A stretch of 62,634 bases of DNA, filler included, from Vermamoeba vermiformis (Eukaryota), in the NCBI GenBank assembly GCA_045837725.1. It is 5 parts of 5 records of this genome, joined end to end, with 100 filler letters (N's around TTAATTAATTAA, not from the genome) between each part and the next. Parts side by side here need not be neighbours in the genome. Positions count along the whole stretch, not along the records: positions 60,107 to 62,634 come from JBEWZL010000090.1; 4 more parts are not named here. One strand, written 5' to 3'. The translations under genes and the position numbers were made by a program. Below, piece by piece: positions 60,628-62,634 of this stretch (position 1 is the first letter of the stretch; each line of letters starts with the position of its first letter). Below the pieces are notes generated by a model. It was not told where the DNA came from. It made no database searches and saw only the letters and a list, made by a program, of their open reading frames with translations.

Positions 60628-61365
60628 TTAGTTGTGAATGGAGCCTTGAGCAATTACTTCCTCCGCTATTTGTTGTGCATCTGCCCGAGTTGATGCTGGT
60701 GCCGGGGTTGGAGTTTGTCCATCCGAGTTATTATTAGTCCCGAGAATAGAGGTAGCCTGCGGAATAATTGAAGGTACTAATTGGAGCATAGCTAAGGTGG
60801 CCACTTCTAAAAGACGGTTTGCTTTCGCCATGTGCTTCTCGCAGTTTTCAACTACATGCAGTGCCTTCGTCACCGTCTCCAGTTCAACATTGGCCATTTC
60901 TTCAACTTTTTGTTTCTTTTTTTGTTGTTCTTGCTGTCTTTCTTCCTCAGCTGCATCAATGAGGTTGTTCATCTCCGATGCAGTTCGCTTTGATCCTGAT
61001 TTTGCCAATATTTCTCGCTGCTCCATTTTTATTATGGCAGTAACAATTTCACCATGCTTATTTTTATGGTCTTCTTGTTCGCGTTCATGTTCTGCTTTTC
61101 GAACAAGATAGATGTCCTCAGGCTCATCTCGATGCTTCGCTTGAAACTCTTCCACTTGGTATTCGTTTTGCCAGTACTCATCATTCTTCATGTTATTATA
61201 TTTTGTCTTGATTTCTTTCGCGGTACGGTTACACTTATGTAGATCTTGATGCGTGGCTGCAACTTTGTCCCAATTTTTACCACTCTCATATAATAATTTA
61301 ATCATGCTATATGTCTCCGCAAAACTCCAGTTTGCACCACGCTTAATGCGAGAGCCCTTCACCAT
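60628..61365 (-). CDS. Harbinger Myb/SANT (trihelix) DNA-binding protein
   Basis: WSFAETYSMIKL...WDKVA...RTAKEIKTKYNNMK plus a C-terminal coiled coil. Confidence 0.9.
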   Translation of the reverse strand: MVKGSRIKRGANWSFAETYSMIKLLYESGKNWDKVAATHQDLHKCNRTAKEIKTKYNNMKNDEYWQNEYQVEEFQAKHRDEPEDIYLVRKAEHEREQEDHKNKHGEIVTAIIKMEQREILAKSGSKRTASEMNNLIDAAEEERQQEQQKKKQKVEEMANVELETVTKALHVVENCEKHMAKANRLLEVATLAMLQLVPSIIPQATSILGTNNNSDGQTPTPAPASTRADAQQIAEEVIAQGSIHN

Positions 61366-61483
61366 GTTTGCTATCAGTGAAGGAATATTAAATTTTAAAA
61401 ATTTGAGAAACTAAAAAATTGATAATGTCTCCTGGAGTATCGTGACCGAAACTTCGAGAAGCAAATTTATTAATCATTGAAAC

Positions 61484-62500
61484 ATGGATCAACAATTAAT
61501 ATTTAAAAAAAATCCTATCCCTCTTCTAATATTAATAATTGGGCATTGTTTGCAGCAACTGAATAGCCTATCAATTATAGTCGCTGTTTGCAAGCAAATT
61601 GTTAATTTTAGATGGCGCAACGTCCACAAATACCTCCATCTACAACCACGAAAGCGGCCACGAGAGAAAAAGAAGCAAGTTATACAAAAGAAAGCAAAGT
61701 ACACAGATACATTAACAACAGCGGAATTATATGATATTCAAAAGCACACAGGATTGACCCGAAAGCAATTTAATGACCTATTTAATCTGATCAAGAACGA
61801 TCTGGAAAAACCAAAGAAAGGAACAAAGAGAAATGCTACCATATTATCGCCTCCACAGCGACTATTAATGGTGCTGCATTGGCTCCGAAAATATTTAGAT
61901 TACCACACACTAAGCATAATCTATCACGTTTCTGAAAGTACCATCTCTCGAGAGATTCGCTATTTACTGCCAATCATGTTCGAGCGATTCAGATTTATGA
62001 CACCATTAAATACAAACGGACCAAAAATTATGGGGTGCATTGGTGTAATAGACTGCACTCCCCACCAGCGTGATCGAGTTCATCCGCGATCAGGAGATTA
62101 TTACAGAGGCGACAAAAAATATTTTTTCTTGACAGCCCAAATTATTACACACCTCAATGGAACACCGGCAGAAGTTGTTGTTGCTCTTGGCCACAATAAT
62201 GACCAAGCACTGTTCAAGCTGTCAGGGGCGAAAGATTTTGTCGAACTGAATCAAGTCCATCTCCTCGCGGATCGTGGCTATTCTCATCACAGATTGATCA
62301 ATTCCTACTCGAAATATTGGACTAGTGATTGTTCAGCTACTAGGATTGTTGTCGAGAATTGCATCTCTGTTGCGAAGCAATTTAAAGCCCTACGAGCCAG
62401 ATTTACACAAGGACCGGAACTACAAGCCTGTGCAATTATTATTGGCTTTGAATTGGCCGCCTACACATTAAAATTTGCTCCGTTGCGTTATTCACCGTAA
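61484..62500 (+). CDS. Harbinger/IS5-like DDE transposase (HTH_Tnp_4 + DDE_Tnp_4)
   Basis: LSPPQRLLMVLHWLR...VSESTISR; GVIDCT; GHNND; LLADRGY; RIVVENCI. Confidence 0.93.
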   Translation: MDQQLIFKKNPIPLLILIIGHCLQQLNSLSIIVAVCKQIVNFRWRNVHKYLHLQPRKRPREKKKQVIQKKAKYTDTLTTAELYDIQKHTGLTRKQFNDLFNLIKNDLEKPKKGTKRNATILSPPQRLLMVLHWLRKYLDYHTLSIIYHVSESTISREIRYLLPIMFERFRFMTPLNTNGPKIMGCIGVIDCTPHQRDRVHPRSGDYYRGDKKYFFLTAQIITHLNGTPAEVVVALGHNNDQALFKLSGAKDFVELNQVHLLADRGYSHHRLINSYSKYWTSDCSATRIVVENCISVAKQFKALRARFTQGPELQACAIIIGFELAAYTLKFAPLRYSP

Positions 62501-62634
62501 ATAAAGCTTAATTTTAGTCTGATGAAAGCGTGTTGAGTTAGCGATAAATTAATTAACCAGGGCTGCGTCGAAAATCCAACGGAAATTTCTACGCTAACAA
62601 GATTTTAATCTGTTGAAGTTCGCTTAATATATTG

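Larger units (their letters stand above)
60526..62564. mobile_element. PIF/Harbinger DNA transposon, 2039 bp, two divergent genes
   Basis: 65-bp TIRs at 60526-60590 and 62500-62564 (AGCCCTGGTTAATTAATTTATCGCTAACT..., 2 mismatches) enclosing a Myb/SANT ORF and a DDE transposase. Confidence 0.95.

Noticed and set aside
1-62634. tRNA, rRNA or CRISPR arrays
   Set aside because: No cloverleaf, rRNA signature or repeat-spacer array seen by eye; a tRNAscan/Rfam run would be needed to exclude small RNAs.

Overview
Eukaryotic DNA with compact genes and short GT-AG introns, probably from a protist (an amoebozoan is my inference from the gene content). The window is five contigs joined by artificial 100-nt N-TTAATTAATTAA-N linkers: 1-9250, 9351-25534, 25635-35068, 35169-60006, 60107-62634. 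Adjacency across the linkers means nothing. Contig 1 is a chromosome end: MGMT, a secreted protein, a DUF389 gene, a 5'-truncated Ty3/Gypsy element (integrase, PPT, 160-bp LTR), a CpG-poor subtelomere and a TTAGGG telomere. Contig 2 holds housekeeping genes (GSAP-like, DUF1279, sterol desaturase family, EF-hand, ARID-FYR, beta-helix surface protein, methyltransferase, PP6, RSL1D1, ZNHIT1, S53 peptidase). Contig 3 is the best candidate for an undescribed system, a CpG-depleted ~8-kb block. It encodes (i) a spliced Sola-like/DUF7869 DDE transposase fused to an N-terminal USP-like protease domain and a C-terminal chromodomain, (ii) a divergently transcribed protein with a possible BAH/Tudor-like domain, and (iii) a NEIL1-like Fpg/Nei DNA glycosylase with AT-hooks that can be spliced in frame to a homeodomain. 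Two CpG-containing motifs are repeated between the divergent genes. I infer a transposon-borne, sequence-targeted anti-silencing module; this is untested. Contig 3 ends in a SAC1 gene with a 1-kb TIR element in an intron. Contig 4 has four tandem surface-protein paralogs, a Zn2Cys6 factor, a saposin, LRR/F-box genes, a MYRF-like S74 protein, an ADP/ATP carrier and a chimeric pseudogene. Contig 5 has a compact two-gene PIF/Harbinger element. All family calls come from motifs recognised by eye; no searches were run.
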